A DNA stretch of 64,000 bases from Acidobacteriota bacterium (lineage in GTDB: Bacteria; Acidobacteriota; Terriglobia; Terriglobales; Acidobacteriaceae). The stretch covers positions 3,275 to 67,274 of the forward strand of contig QIAN01000055.1 of NCBI GenBank assembly GCA_003225005.1, written 5' to 3'. The notes under the pieces were generated by a model. That model saw only the letters and a program-made list of their open reading frames with translations, ran no database searches and was not told the origin of the DNA. Shown here piece after piece: positions 55,842 through 64,000 of the stretch; within the stretch, counting starts at the first letter, position 1; the number at the start of each line of letters is the position of its first letter. The translations under genes and the position numbers were made by a program.

Positions 55842-56426
55842 ATGCCCCAGATCTCGACACAAGAGTTCGAACGGCTACCACTGCGGGTTCACGACTTTCT
55901 TGCCGGCGTGCCGCTTCATGACGTGTGGGCCGTCGATCTGCCGCGTGCGCGCTCCGGCATCACGCTGGATGAGTTCTTGCGGACAGCAAGCGCATGTCTG
56001 TTCACACCCCCGCCGCTCGTGCGCGCGCTCCTGAACATCCGTCTCTTCGTCGGCCGGCGGCTTGGTTGGGATCGCGAGCCGGCCGCAACCGTGTGGGAAA
56101 CCTTCACAACGCGCCTGACAACCTCCGATTGCTCCAGGTCCCTTGCGCCAGCGGGCACGTGCGAAGGACTTTTCCGCGTCGTATACCGCTTCGAGAACGA
56201 GCAACTTCTCGAGCTGATCAACCGTACCGCCCACGCCGCCGCGCTGAGCGCCCTTGTCGAAACGGCAAATGGGTACCGCTTCTATTTCGGCGTTTACGTG
56301 CGCAGCGTCAGTCGCTTCCCGCCGATGTACATGGCCCTGATCGACCCGTTCCGCAAGCTAGTCGTCTATCCGTCACTCCTTCGCACCATCCGCGCGAAGT
56401 GGAATAAAACCTTCGGCACGGCCTGA
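55842..56426 (+). CDS. DUF2867-like protein
   Basis: 194-aa intact ORF. The resemblance to DUF2867 (..DVWAVDLP.., ..LFRVVYRFENE.., ..YMALIDPFRKLVVYPSLL) rests on memory only. Confidence 0.4.
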   Translation: MPQISTQEFERLPLRVHDFLAGVPLHDVWAVDLPRARSGITLDEFLRTASACLFTPPPLVRALLNIRLFVGRRLGWDREPAATVWETFTTRLTTSDCSRSLAPAGTCEGLFRVVYRFENEQLLELINRTAHAAALSALVETANGYRFYFGVYVRSVSRFPPMYMALIDPFRKLVVYPSLLRTIRAKWNKTFGTA

Positions 56427-56469
56427 CAACGGAACACCTTTTCATAAGAACGTTGCGGTAGCGGACAGA

Positions 56470-56890
56470 AGCAATCAGACACATGGATGCGTTCGGACTT
56501 GGTCTTGCTATGCTCGCAACACTAGCGCTTCTCTCGGAGCCATCGGAGTGGCTGACACTAACGGGTGACCTGACGCTACCGAGATGCTAGTCGATATCTC
56601 CCCGTAGCACTCACAACTCCGGAAGCTGCGGATACTGGGCGGATGGTGGCTAGCCGGAATGAATCCAGATTATGACCTGCGGATCGATACCGAGCAATCG
56701 GCACGGCGGAAGTAATCCAAGCGGTACTTTTGACACCAAAAGGAATTCATGGTCGAAGATTTGGCGGGAGCGACGACAGCATAGACCGATCATCGCGAGA
56801 GAGAATGATCGACATCCCCTTAACGCAGCGCATGATGGATTCGCCGGATCCGGCCGAAAGTGTTCACTGACTTCTCGACGCTGGCACATT
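56470..56890 (-). pseudogene. Possible short-chain dehydrogenase relic
   Basis: Minus-strand fragments VEKSVNTFGRIRRIHHALR* and NSFWCQKYRLDYFRRADCSVSIRRS*SGFIPAS weakly recall the ..FGRIDvLvnNAG and N.FG....t.a.lP.mr...G.I.n.SS segments. There are many stops. Confidence 0.2.
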
Positions 56891-56920
56891 AAGCACTAAC
56901 ATAACGAAAACCGAAAATAT

Positions 56921-57616
56921 CTAACCGACCGCAATTCCTAACAATTTCGAAATTTGTGTCCGGCCTTCCAGCGTGACGCGCACCACGCGGGTGGCTCGTT
57001 CGGGAATCAGCCAGCCAAATTCTCGAAATCGCTTATAAATCGCGCACCCCAGCGTCCCCGCCAAGTGGTGCCGCCGTTCAGTCCAGTCGAGGCATCGAAC
57101 CGCCAGCGTCTTCTGGGCAGCCGCAGACGATGGAACGCCCACTCCGATTGCTTCGAACCACTGTCTCCCCGAGGGAGCTACCGAGTAAGCCTTCGCGTTA
57201 TATGGATTAATCATTCCCCGCTCTTCCAATTTCTTCACGATCTGAACACTGAGCCAACCGGCCAGATGCCCATAACACGTTCGCGCATAGCCCAGGCTCC
57301 CCACCTGTGGTCTCAAAGACGCAGCTCCGGCATCCGACACACGCGGACGGGCAGTCAGTACCAGCAACGCTTCAACCGCATCGGCCACCTCTGCGCCAGC
57401 CAACCGGTAGTAGCGGTGCCGCCCCTGCCGTTCGACATTGAGCAACCGGCCTTCGACGAGTTTGGCGAGGTGTTCGCTCGCCGTCTGGGGCGCCACGTTG
57501 GCAGTAACCGCTAGCTCTCCTGCAGGCAGAGCGAGGCCACTCATCAGTCGCAGCAGAATTGCGGCTCTTCCGGGATCTCCCAGCAGGTTTGCGGTACTGG
57601 ATAGTTTGTCGTTCAT
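56921..57616 (-). CDS. ArsR/SmtB-type winged-helix transcriptional regulator, two-domain
   Basis: 231 aa. The wHTH is LLGDPGRAAILLRLMSGLALPAGELAVTANVAPQTASEHLAKLVEGRLLNVERQGRHRYYRL. Confidence 0.65.
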   Translation of the reverse strand: MNDKLSSTANLLGDPGRAAILLRLMSGLALPAGELAVTANVAPQTASEHLAKLVEGRLLNVERQGRHRYYRLAGAEVADAVEALLVLTARPRVSDAGAASLRPQVGSLGYARTCYGHLAGWLSVQIVKKLEERGMINPYNAKAYSVAPSGRQWFEAIGVGVPSSAAAQKTLAVRCLDWTERRHHLAGTLGCAIYKRFREFGWLIPERATRVVRVTLEGRTQISKLLGIAVG

Positions 57617-57692
57617 AGAACCATTATCGGCCCAAAATTATTCGAATACTGCGGCCCCCGCCGAATTATCATTCGGCCCGTGGTATTAAGTT

Positions 57693-57840
57693 GTGCCTTG
57701 GGAGGCATTGACCTTGATCACACTTTTTCTGCGTTACACGATTAACCCCAACAAGTTGTCGGACATCGCGAAATACGCCGCCGATGAGCAAATTCCCATA
57801 TGCGAAAGCGGGGGCAAGATTCTCGGATATTTCATGCCTA
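57693..57840 (+). pseudogene. NIPSNAP-like protein, 5' relic
   Basis: LRYTINPNKLSDIAKYAADEQIPICESGGKILGYFMPT fits the small NIPSNAP pattern RY.I.P..L....YA...I.....GG...GYF.P. The similarity is lost after ~57840. Confidence 0.4.
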
Positions 57841-58256
57841 CCGCACATGCCATAAAATTCCCTGGCCTTCTGAATATCGTTCACCGAAAAACTGCTGAAT
57901 GCCTTGCTTATGTTGAGCATGGACGCACTCCTAGAATCTTAGTGTTCTAACTTCGATGCGGAATCAGCTTTCGCGGTTTTCGAATGTGGAACCCGGCTCA
58001 ACGAAACATCTGTGGCCGCTGGAACACATTTTCCCTGCACCCTCACTTGTGTATGCGCGCACATACAATCAAAATCTCACGCGGTTGAATATTGGGAATC
58101 CCACCCTTCGACTTCGCTCATGGCAGCCTCCTGTGACAGAAAGCGAGGATGGCCACCCGCCGATAATACTATTTGCGTGGTAGGTTTTGGCGGCGCCCCA
58201 TGTATTCTGCGGGGGCAGAGATCCGAGCTTGGCAGGAAGGAACAGGAGAAAGTGAA

Positions 58257-60524
58257 ATGGCCTTACACCCACTCTCCAGGTTATCTGCGGTCCAGTCTAG
58301 CGTAGGCGCTCGGGTCATCGTGGTCTCAAACCGACTCCCGCTTACTTTGCGGAAGACCGAGGATGGCTGGTCGACCGAGCGTAGCTCAGGAGGCCTAGCG
58401 AGCGCGATGAATCCTCTACTCCGAAAAGGTGGTGGGGACTGGATCGGTTGGCCTGGAGGTGGCGGAGAAGATGATGTTCAAGGCCGCATGGCTATTCTTG
58501 CACAGTGGGCGGAAGATGAACGGTGTTTCGCAGTAGACCTGCCAGAAAAAGTGGCAACAGGATTCTACGAGGGCTACGCCAATCAAACGCTCTGGCCAGT
58601 CTTTCACAACTTCCCCTCTCAGTTGAAATTTGACGCGAAAAGCTGGGAGGCATATATAGAAGCAAATCGTATCTTCTGCGAAGCAGTAGTCAATCGTTAT
58701 GGGCCGAACGACTTAATCTGGGTACACGACTACCACCTGATGCTGCTTCCCCAAATGTTGCGTGACAGGCTGCCCGACGCAGCCATTGGTTTCTTTCTCC
58801 ACATTCCCTTCCCTTCATCCGAAATCTTTCCGGTTCTCCCCAGACGTGAGGAGCTTCTTGAGGGTCTTCTTGGGGCCGACTTGCTTGCCTTTCAGACCCA
58901 TGGACATTTGCAACAATTTCGCGCCGCACTGCTTCGCGTCCTCGGTATGGAAAGCAAAATCCAGCAGGTTGCGGTGGGTAGTCGTCCTGTCCGTCTGGAA
59001 GCCCTTCCGATCGGGATCGCGCCGGAGGAATACACCGATCTGTTGAAAAGCGATAAAACTACGGCTGATCAATATGCCGAGTGGGTCGCGCGCTACAGCG
59101 GACGAAAGGTAGTGCTTGCCGTCGACCGGTTGGATTATACGAAGGGCGTTATCGAGCGCCTGCGGGCATACGCTCATTTGCTTCGTTCTTCGCCAGAGCT
59201 CAAAGAGAAGGTGGTGCTGATCCAGATCGCGGTGCCCAGCAGGGAGGGAATCGACACATACCAGGAGTTGCGAACAGAGGTGAATCGCCTCGTGGGAGAG
59301 ATGAACGGCAAACTCGGCACGCCTGAATGGACTCCTCTTGTCTACATCAACCGCTCGATTGAGCGAACGGAGCTCGTGGGTCTTTATAAGTTGGCTGATG
59401 TCTGTTGGGTCGGGTCTCTGCGCGACGGTATGAATCTTGTGGCAAAAGAATACGTCGCCTGCAAGCCCGAAGGTGATGGGGTACTGGTGCTGAGCGAATT
59501 TGCGGGTGCGGCTGCTGAAATGGGCGAAGCCCTTCTAATCAATCCCTTTGATGAAGAGCGCACTGCGGCCACGATTGAGCGTGCGCTTGCTCTCGATGAC
59601 CAGGAACGGCGCCAACGCATGCAGACGCTTCACCATCGGGTCCTCCGAAATAATGTCTTTCGCTGGGGAGAGCGGTTTCTAGGTGCACTGCAAGAAGCTG
59701 TGTCGGAGCGCGGACGTTACATCGACACGCAACCTCAGCGATTGCGGCCGACCGAAATTCGCGATGCTTATGCGCGTGCTAAGCGCCGCGTGCTGATTCT
59801 TGATTACGACGGAACCCTTGTTCCTTTTGCGAAACGGCCACAGCAAGCTGCTCCTCCTACTCGGATACTCGATCTGCTGAATGCCTTGGCGTCTGAACCC
59901 CAGAATTGCGTCGCTCTGATGTCCGGGCGGTCAGCAGAAAATCTGGATCGTTGGTTCGGGATGATTCGAGGTATGTGGATCGTGGCGGAACACGGTGCCG
60001 AATTTAAGTCTCCATCCGCGCCCGCATGGGAGTACTTGCGCCCCCAAGTACCGACAGAGTGGAAGTCCACCGTCATGCCGATTTTGGAACACTTCGTAGA
60101 CCGCATTCCGGGGAGCTTTGTTGAAGAAAAGAAATATGGCCTGGTGTGGCACTATCGCATGGCTGACCCGGAATTCGGAGAGTGGCTAGCGAATGAGCTG
60201 GTGTCGATGCTGGAGGCAATGCTCGCTGAGACTGAACTAAGAGCGTTCCGCGGCGAGAAGATCGTAGAGGTGAAACCGGTTTGGGCCAACAAGGGCGAAG
60301 TTCTCGAACGTCTCCTGGCATCACGCTCCGATCCCGATTTTCTTTTTGCAGCTGGTGACGATCGCACAGACGAAGACCTGTTTGAGCGGCTCCAATCTGG
60401 TGCCTGGACGGTGCACATCGGTCCTGGACCCACCCGGGCTTCATATGTCGTTGCAAATTTCGAAGCCTTGCGCCGGGTACTGGAATTGTTTGCCGAGTCC
60501 GGAAATCTCAGCAAGACATCCTAA
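58257..60524 (+). CDS. Bifunctional trehalose-6-phosphate synthase (GT20) / trehalose-phosphatase (HAD) fusion
   Basis: Track ORF 58173..60524, likely starting at ATG 58257 after ggagaaagtgaa. OtsA motifs are VVSNRLP, IWVHDYHLMLLP, FFLHIPFPS, DRLDYTKG and LRDGMNLVAKEY. The OtsB-type HAD part carries LILDYDGTL and AAGDDRTDEDLF. Confidence 0.9.
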   Translation: MALHPLSRLSAVQSSVGARVIVVSNRLPLTLRKTEDGWSTERSSGGLASAMNPLLRKGGGDWIGWPGGGGEDDVQGRMAILAQWAEDERCFAVDLPEKVATGFYEGYANQTLWPVFHNFPSQLKFDAKSWEAYIEANRIFCEAVVNRYGPNDLIWVHDYHLMLLPQMLRDRLPDAAIGFFLHIPFPSSEIFPVLPRREELLEGLLGADLLAFQTHGHLQQFRAALLRVLGMESKIQQVAVGSRPVRLEALPIGIAPEEYTDLLKSDKTTADQYAEWVARYSGRKVVLAVDRLDYTKGVIERLRAYAHLLRSSPELKEKVVLIQIAVPSREGIDTYQELRTEVNRLVGEMNGKLGTPEWTPLVYINRSIERTELVGLYKLADVCWVGSLRDGMNLVAKEYVACKPEGDGVLVLSEFAGAAAEMGEALLINPFDEERTAATIERALALDDQERRQRMQTLHHRVLRNNVFRWGERFLGALQEAVSERGRYIDTQPQRLRPTEIRDAYARAKRRVLILDYDGTLVPFAKRPQQAAPPTRILDLLNALASEPQNCVALMSGRSAENLDRWFGMIRGMWIVAEHGAEFKSPSAPAWEYLRPQVPTEWKSTVMPILEHFVDRIPGSFVEEKKYGLVWHYRMADPEFGEWLANELVSMLEAMLAETELRAFRGEKIVEVKPVWANKGEVLERLLASRSDPDFLFAAGDDRTDEDLFERLQSGAWTVHIGPGPTRASYVVANFEALRRVLELFAESGNLSKTS

Positions 60525-60705
60525 TTCCTCGATTTCGTAATCATCGAGCAGAGGTTCGACCCGCGCGTATGCCTTAACGATTAATTAAGGACCATAAGTT
60601 TAAGACCATGGTGGACTACTCCTTATCTTCCACAGGATAAGAGTGAAAGTGCGACGACCAAACGGGGGGAGGCCGGTTACATGGGAGATTTTCATATCTG
60701 CCTCC

Positions 60706-60819
60706 GTGGAGCGCGTACTCCGTCTTGGCTTGCTTGAGGATGGGGGATGTCGGGTCGGCGTCTTTCCAGAGAGTGAGGAAATCCTGACAGGCAACACTTT
60801 GGATAAGGCCACCACCTCC
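60706..60819 (-). pseudogene. C-terminal relic of a kinase/TPR-family protein
   Basis: My translation is *GGGGLIQSVACQDFLTLWKDADPTSPILKQAKTEYA. The 51-nt core (60737-60787) repeats 61210-61260. Confidence 0.55.
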
Positions 60820-60828
60820 CTATCCATG

Positions 60829-61170
60829 TCAGAAGCCTGTCGCCGCTGCCACGGTCGTGGGGTGTAGTCCGACAATCTGATCTACGCGCGTCATCTTCAA
60901 CGCTTGTTCCACATGTCCGTTAGCCCCTGCCAGTCGCAACTCTCCTCCCGCCCTCTTCACCTGGCCGGCAGACATCACGATGATCCGAATTCCAGTGCTA
61001 TCGATGTGCGTCACTCCGGTTAGGTCAAAGATAACCTTTTTCCACTCCCCACTCACGAGGCTGTCGACGGCCCCTTCCAGTTGCTTGCCTTCCCTGCCGA
61101 TCTTGATTCTTCCCGTTATTTCCAGGACAACAACGTCAAGGCGCAGGTGCGTGGTCTGAATCTCCAGCAT
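60829..61170 (-). CDS. STAS-domain anti-sigma-factor antagonist
   Basis: 113 aa. Motifs are VIFDLTGVTHIDSTGIRIIV and ELRLAGANGHVEQALKMTRV. The RBS AAGGAG lies upstream. Confidence 0.75.
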   Translation of the reverse strand: MLEIQTTHLRLDVVVLEITGRIKIGREGKQLEGAVDSLVSGEWKKVIFDLTGVTHIDSTGIRIIVMSAGQVKRAGGELRLAGANGHVEQALKMTRVDQIVGLHPTTVAAATGF

Positions 61171-62054
61171 AAGCCAAGCTCCTTTCCGATCTTCGAGCTG
61201 CTCTTCTTCAGGATGGGGATGTCGGGGTCGGCATCTTTCCAGAGAGTGAGGAAATCCTGATAAACCATGCGGCTCTTGACGTTGTCACCAGCGAGAGCGG
61301 ATGCTCGTGCAAGCCCCAGGTGGGCGAGCGCGCCAATGGGTTCGTTGAACACAACGCCGCCATGGTCGAGGATTTTCTGGAACTCGGCTGCTGCAGCGCC
61401 GGTCTCATGATGCCCGGCGAGATACGCCTCCGCGCGCACATAGACGGGATAGAGGCTCAGGAAGGTGAAGGCCTCGGTCGGGTCTCCCAGCTCGTAAGGA
61501 GCGGCGGCCTGGAGAGCCTCGATGGCCTTCGAAGCATTGTTGCGGCTGAGCGCAAGCTGAGCGTGGAGGGTTGGTAGGTAGTTGAACTGCACCAACGTAT
61601 CTTCCGGAAAGCGCTTGGCCAAATCTTCTGCCAGAGCCTGCGCGCGGGCGGCATCCCCTGCCATGGCCAGCGCCAGCGCCGCTCCATACCTCACATCCCG
61701 CCCGATCGAAAGCCCGAGCGCCGCCGCAGCTCGTTGCCTGCCTGCGGCTGCATTGCCGAAAAGTGCTTCCCGCAGGGCCGCATCGACTTCATAGCTCGCA
61801 GCCTTCTCCTTCTCGGCAGCCCGCTCGGCCGAGGCCACCGCCCGGCGGGAAAAGTCGCGGGCCTCTCCGAGCCGTCCAGAATAGGCGGCTGTATCGGCTT
61901 CGCGGGCCAGCAGCACGTCTTCCACTCCCGACCCAAGGTAAGGGTTGCCGACCAACCACTCTGGATAGAGATCTCTAGCGCTTCTGCAACCCGAAGAACA
62001 ACTGTCCGGTTTCGGACGGGCGCCAGCCATTTTCGGACAATTTTTGAATTCCAA
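61116..62054 (-). pseudogene. TPR-rich C-terminal portion of a kinase/TPR-family protein, N-terminally truncated
   Basis: A 312-aa frame holds only the TPR part and the family end motif YQDFLTLWKDADPDIPILKK. No kinase or other N-terminal domain is present, and the frame overruns 55 nt into the STAS gene. Confidence 0.5.
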
Positions 62055-62132
62055 GTAAATCGTTAACTCGATGAAAAAATTAACCGTGTCGTGAGGAACA
62101 GATTGGCCACCAAGATGCTATGTTTTCATCGC

Positions 62133-62170
62133 GATGAACGATTGGCTCTAAGATGAACGATTGGCTCTAA
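62133..62170. repeat. Perfect tandem duplication of a 19-mer
   Basis: gatgaacgattggctctaa occurs at 62133-62151 and again at 62152-62170. A related gattggcc lies at 62101. Confidence 0.9.
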
Positions 62171-62199
62171 ATGGCAATCAAAAACCTGTTTGCCGTTCA

Positions 62200-62389
62200 G
62201 CCAGAGCGCCTACCTTCGCGCGACCTGTTTGGTTGAGTGAGGGGGCATGTTAGCGTCGTTAAGCCTTGATCCCTGCGTCTTCGCAGCTGTGGCCAGGCTG
62301 CTGGCGAGCATCGCCTTGGTCGCTAACTCTCTCCCCGCACCCGCCGCGCGGCGAAAGTCGATCCAATGGTGGCGCTGCGATACGAGTGA
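62200..62389 (+). pseudogene. C-terminal relic of an ADOP/FtsX-type permease
   Basis: ..SLSLDPCVFAAVARLLASIALVANSLPA is followed by a frameshift, then RRAAKVDPMVALRYE and a stop at 62387-62389. This is the characteristic end of acidobacterial duplicated permeases. Confidence 0.6.
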
Positions 62390-62394
62390 ATGAG

Positions 62395-64000
62395 ATGACT
62401 GGACTATTCCGAGATTTTCACTACGCTCTACGGCAATTGAAGAGGAATCCAGCATTCTCTGCAGTTGCTATCGGAACGCTCGCATTGGGAATAGGCGCGA
62501 GCACGGCTATCTTCAGCGTGGTTTATGGCGTTCTCCTGCGCTCATTGCCGTACTACAAGCCTGATCGAATTGTGCAGATTTGGGAGGTGAATTCAAGCGG
62601 TAGCCACATGCGCTTCGATGATCCCAATTTTGAAGACATGCGCGATCAAACGCACTCCTTCGAATGCATGGCCCAAATGTATTCGATCGAAGCCGCCGTT
62701 TCGATTGGGCACGAGCCAGATCGAATCAACGTTGCGCATGTCTCAAAAGATTTCTTCTCGGTAATGGGAGTGCAACCGCTAATTGGAAGGTCGTTCGCGC
62801 CAGAAGAACGGCAGTTCGGCGCTGCTGCGACCGCACTGGTCAGTTATTCATTCTGGAAGACTCGCTTGCACGAGGCTCGCGATCTCAGTACCGCGAAGAT
62901 TCTGGTTTCACACATTCCGCTCGCGGTGATTGGCGTTCTGCCCCCGGGATTCGCTTTCCCTAACAGCAGCCAAATCTGGATGTCCAGAGAAAATGCGAAT
63001 CCTCGATTGCCAAGCCGTAGTGCACACGATTGGCAAGTAATCGCGCGTCTACGAGACGGTGCTTCTGTTTATCAGGCCCGAGCAGATGCGTCGGCAATCG
63101 CTCACCGACTGTTCCAGCAATATGGCTCCGAGGACATGAACATGGTCGACGCCGCCGTGCTGCCCTTGCGGGATGCATTAACGGCTGCAGTTAAGCCGGC
63201 GTTGTTGGTCGTGTTTGGCGTGGTTGGCCTGCTGTTGCTGGTTGCTTGCGCGAACGTGACGAATTTGTCACTGGCACAAGCCTCGGCACGCGGTGGTGAG
63301 TTGGCAATCCGGTCAGCGCTGGGAGTCTCGCGGTGGCGCCTGGTCAGGCAGTTTCTGGCTGAGGCTCTCTTGCTCTCATTCCTTGCCAGCTGTTTTGGCA
63401 TCGCCTCCGCATCTTTCGGAATACGCGCATTACGAGCATTGGCGCCGGGCAATATTCCTCGCGTAAGCGACATCTCATTGAACCTTCCTGTGCTCGCATT
63501 TGCTCTGGCGCTTTGTGTTGCCGTAGCGGGCGGCTTGGGAATACTGACTGCATTGCGGGCAACCTCAAACGACTTGCGACGCGTTTTGGCAGGAAGTGGA
63601 CAGCCACAAGGCTCGACCGCTCGAAGCCAAAAAGTAGGCAACACCATCGCCGCTGGACAAATCGCGATAACACTGACGTTGTTGGTCGGCGCGGGATTGC
63701 TCGGTCGCAGCATGCTTCGGGTGCTCTCAGTGCAACCCGGATTCGAAACGGAGCACGTCCTAACGATGGATCTAAAGCTGTCCGATGTTGAAGCCTCGAC
63801 ACAAACCCAACGCGCGCAATTCCTGGACCAGTTGATTTCGCGATTGCGAAGTTTGCCGGGAGTCCAGGCGGTCGGCGGCACTAATTCGCTTCCTCTCGCG
63901 TCTCCACCTGACGACGGCGACTTCGCAATCGTGAATCCACAACAGTTTTCGCCTGACCAGCGGAATTTTATTGACCGCAGTTCGCACATCACGATCGAGA
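62395..64000 (+). CDS. ADOP-family duplicated ABC-type permease (MacB-like periplasmic domain + FtsX), 3' partial
   Basis: This frame is not in the ORF track because it has no stop inside the window. ATG 62395 gives MTGLFRDFHYALRQLKRNPAFSAVAIGTLALGIGASTAIFSVVYGVLLRSLPY.. and stays open to 64000. The first FtsX module is ..ACANVTNLSLAQASARGGELAIRSALGVSRWRLVRQFLAEALLLS. Confidence 0.85.
   Translation, partial: MTGLFRDFHYALRQLKRNPAFSAVAIGTLALGIGASTAIFSVVYGVLLRSLPYYKPDRIVQIWEVNSSGSHMRFDDPNFEDMRDQTHSFECMAQMYSIEAAVSIGHEPDRINVAHVSKDFFSVMGVQPLIGRSFAPEERQFGAAATALVSYSFWKTRLHEARDLSTAKILVSHIPLAVIGVLPPGFAFPNSSQIWMSRENANPRLPSRSAHDWQVIARLRDGASVYQARADASAIAHRLFQQYGSEDMNMVDAAVLPLRDALTAAVKPALLVVFGVVGLLLLVACANVTNLSLAQASARGGELAIRSALGVSRWRLVRQFLAEALLLSFLASCFGIASASFGIRALRALAPGNIPRVSDISLNLPVLAFALALCVAVAGGLGILTALRATSNDLRRVLAGSGQPQGSTARSQKVGNTIAAGQIAITLTLLVGAGLLGRSMLRVLSVQPGFETEHVLTMDLKLSDVEASTQTQRAQFLDQLISRLRSLPGVQAVGGTNSLPLASPPDDGDFAIVNPQQFSPDQRNFIDRSSHITIE

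Noticed and set aside
63102-63992. Long ORFs antisense to confidently called genes. Examples are 63102..63992 (296 aa), 32273..33226 (317 aa), 38069..38974 (301 aa), 22783..23505 (240 aa), 19928..20536, 46370..46957 and 36028..36933.
   Set aside because: They lie opposite genes with strong family motifs, have Arg/Ala/Pro-rich low-information translations, and match no motifs. They are typical shadow ORFs of moderately GC-rich DNA.

Overview
All protein-family calls here come from reading the supplied translations and translating by eye. No searches were run, so names are motif-level recognitions.

The window looks like chromosomal DNA of an Acidobacteriota (Terriglobia-like) soil bacterium. 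That is an inference from the ADOP-type duplicated permease, the kinase/TPR C-terminal motif DFLTLWKDADP..PILK, and the layouts of the Tol-Pal and hopanoid loci.

Intact blocks:
- An 11.3-kb co-directional hopanoid locus on the minus strand (29688-40982): ispH-shc-hpnA-hpnG-[secreted protein + two Zn-dehydrogenases]-hpnC-hpnD-hpnE.
- hpnJ plus a pair of half-size EamA-like membrane proteins (24.0-26.3 kb).
- A GT2 plus MFS pair and queF (16.7-19.7 kb).
- Membrane-fusion adaptor, TPR protein and TolC with no pump (19.9-23.8 kb).
- recN, a PRC-barrel protein, and a complete tolQ-tolR-tolA-like-tolB-pal-ybgF cluster (41.5-49.6 kb).
- A MerR-controlled DinB / CC-motif / DUF2867-like module (54.2-56.4 kb).
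- A fused trehalose-6-phosphate synthase/phosphatase, two STAS antagonists and one RsbW-like kinase.
- A GH39 glycosidase and the 5' part of an ADOP permease at the right edge.

The most striking property is about 25 gene relics scattered between these blocks, carrying frameshifts, single-step nonsense codons, truncations and fused fragments.

A tRNA-Ser(CGA) locus sits at 8.6-11.9 kb. It carries two decayed tyrosine integrases and an inverted 61-nt copy of the tRNA 3' part.

Two long intergenic palindromes built from 7-nt words sit exactly on gene junctions: queF/MFS and shc/hpnA.

I found no CRISPR array, rRNA or recognisable defence system. The best candidates for something undescribed are the non-canonical three-gene insert inside the hopanoid operon, the MerR/DinB/CC-motif module, and the heptamer-built palindromes.
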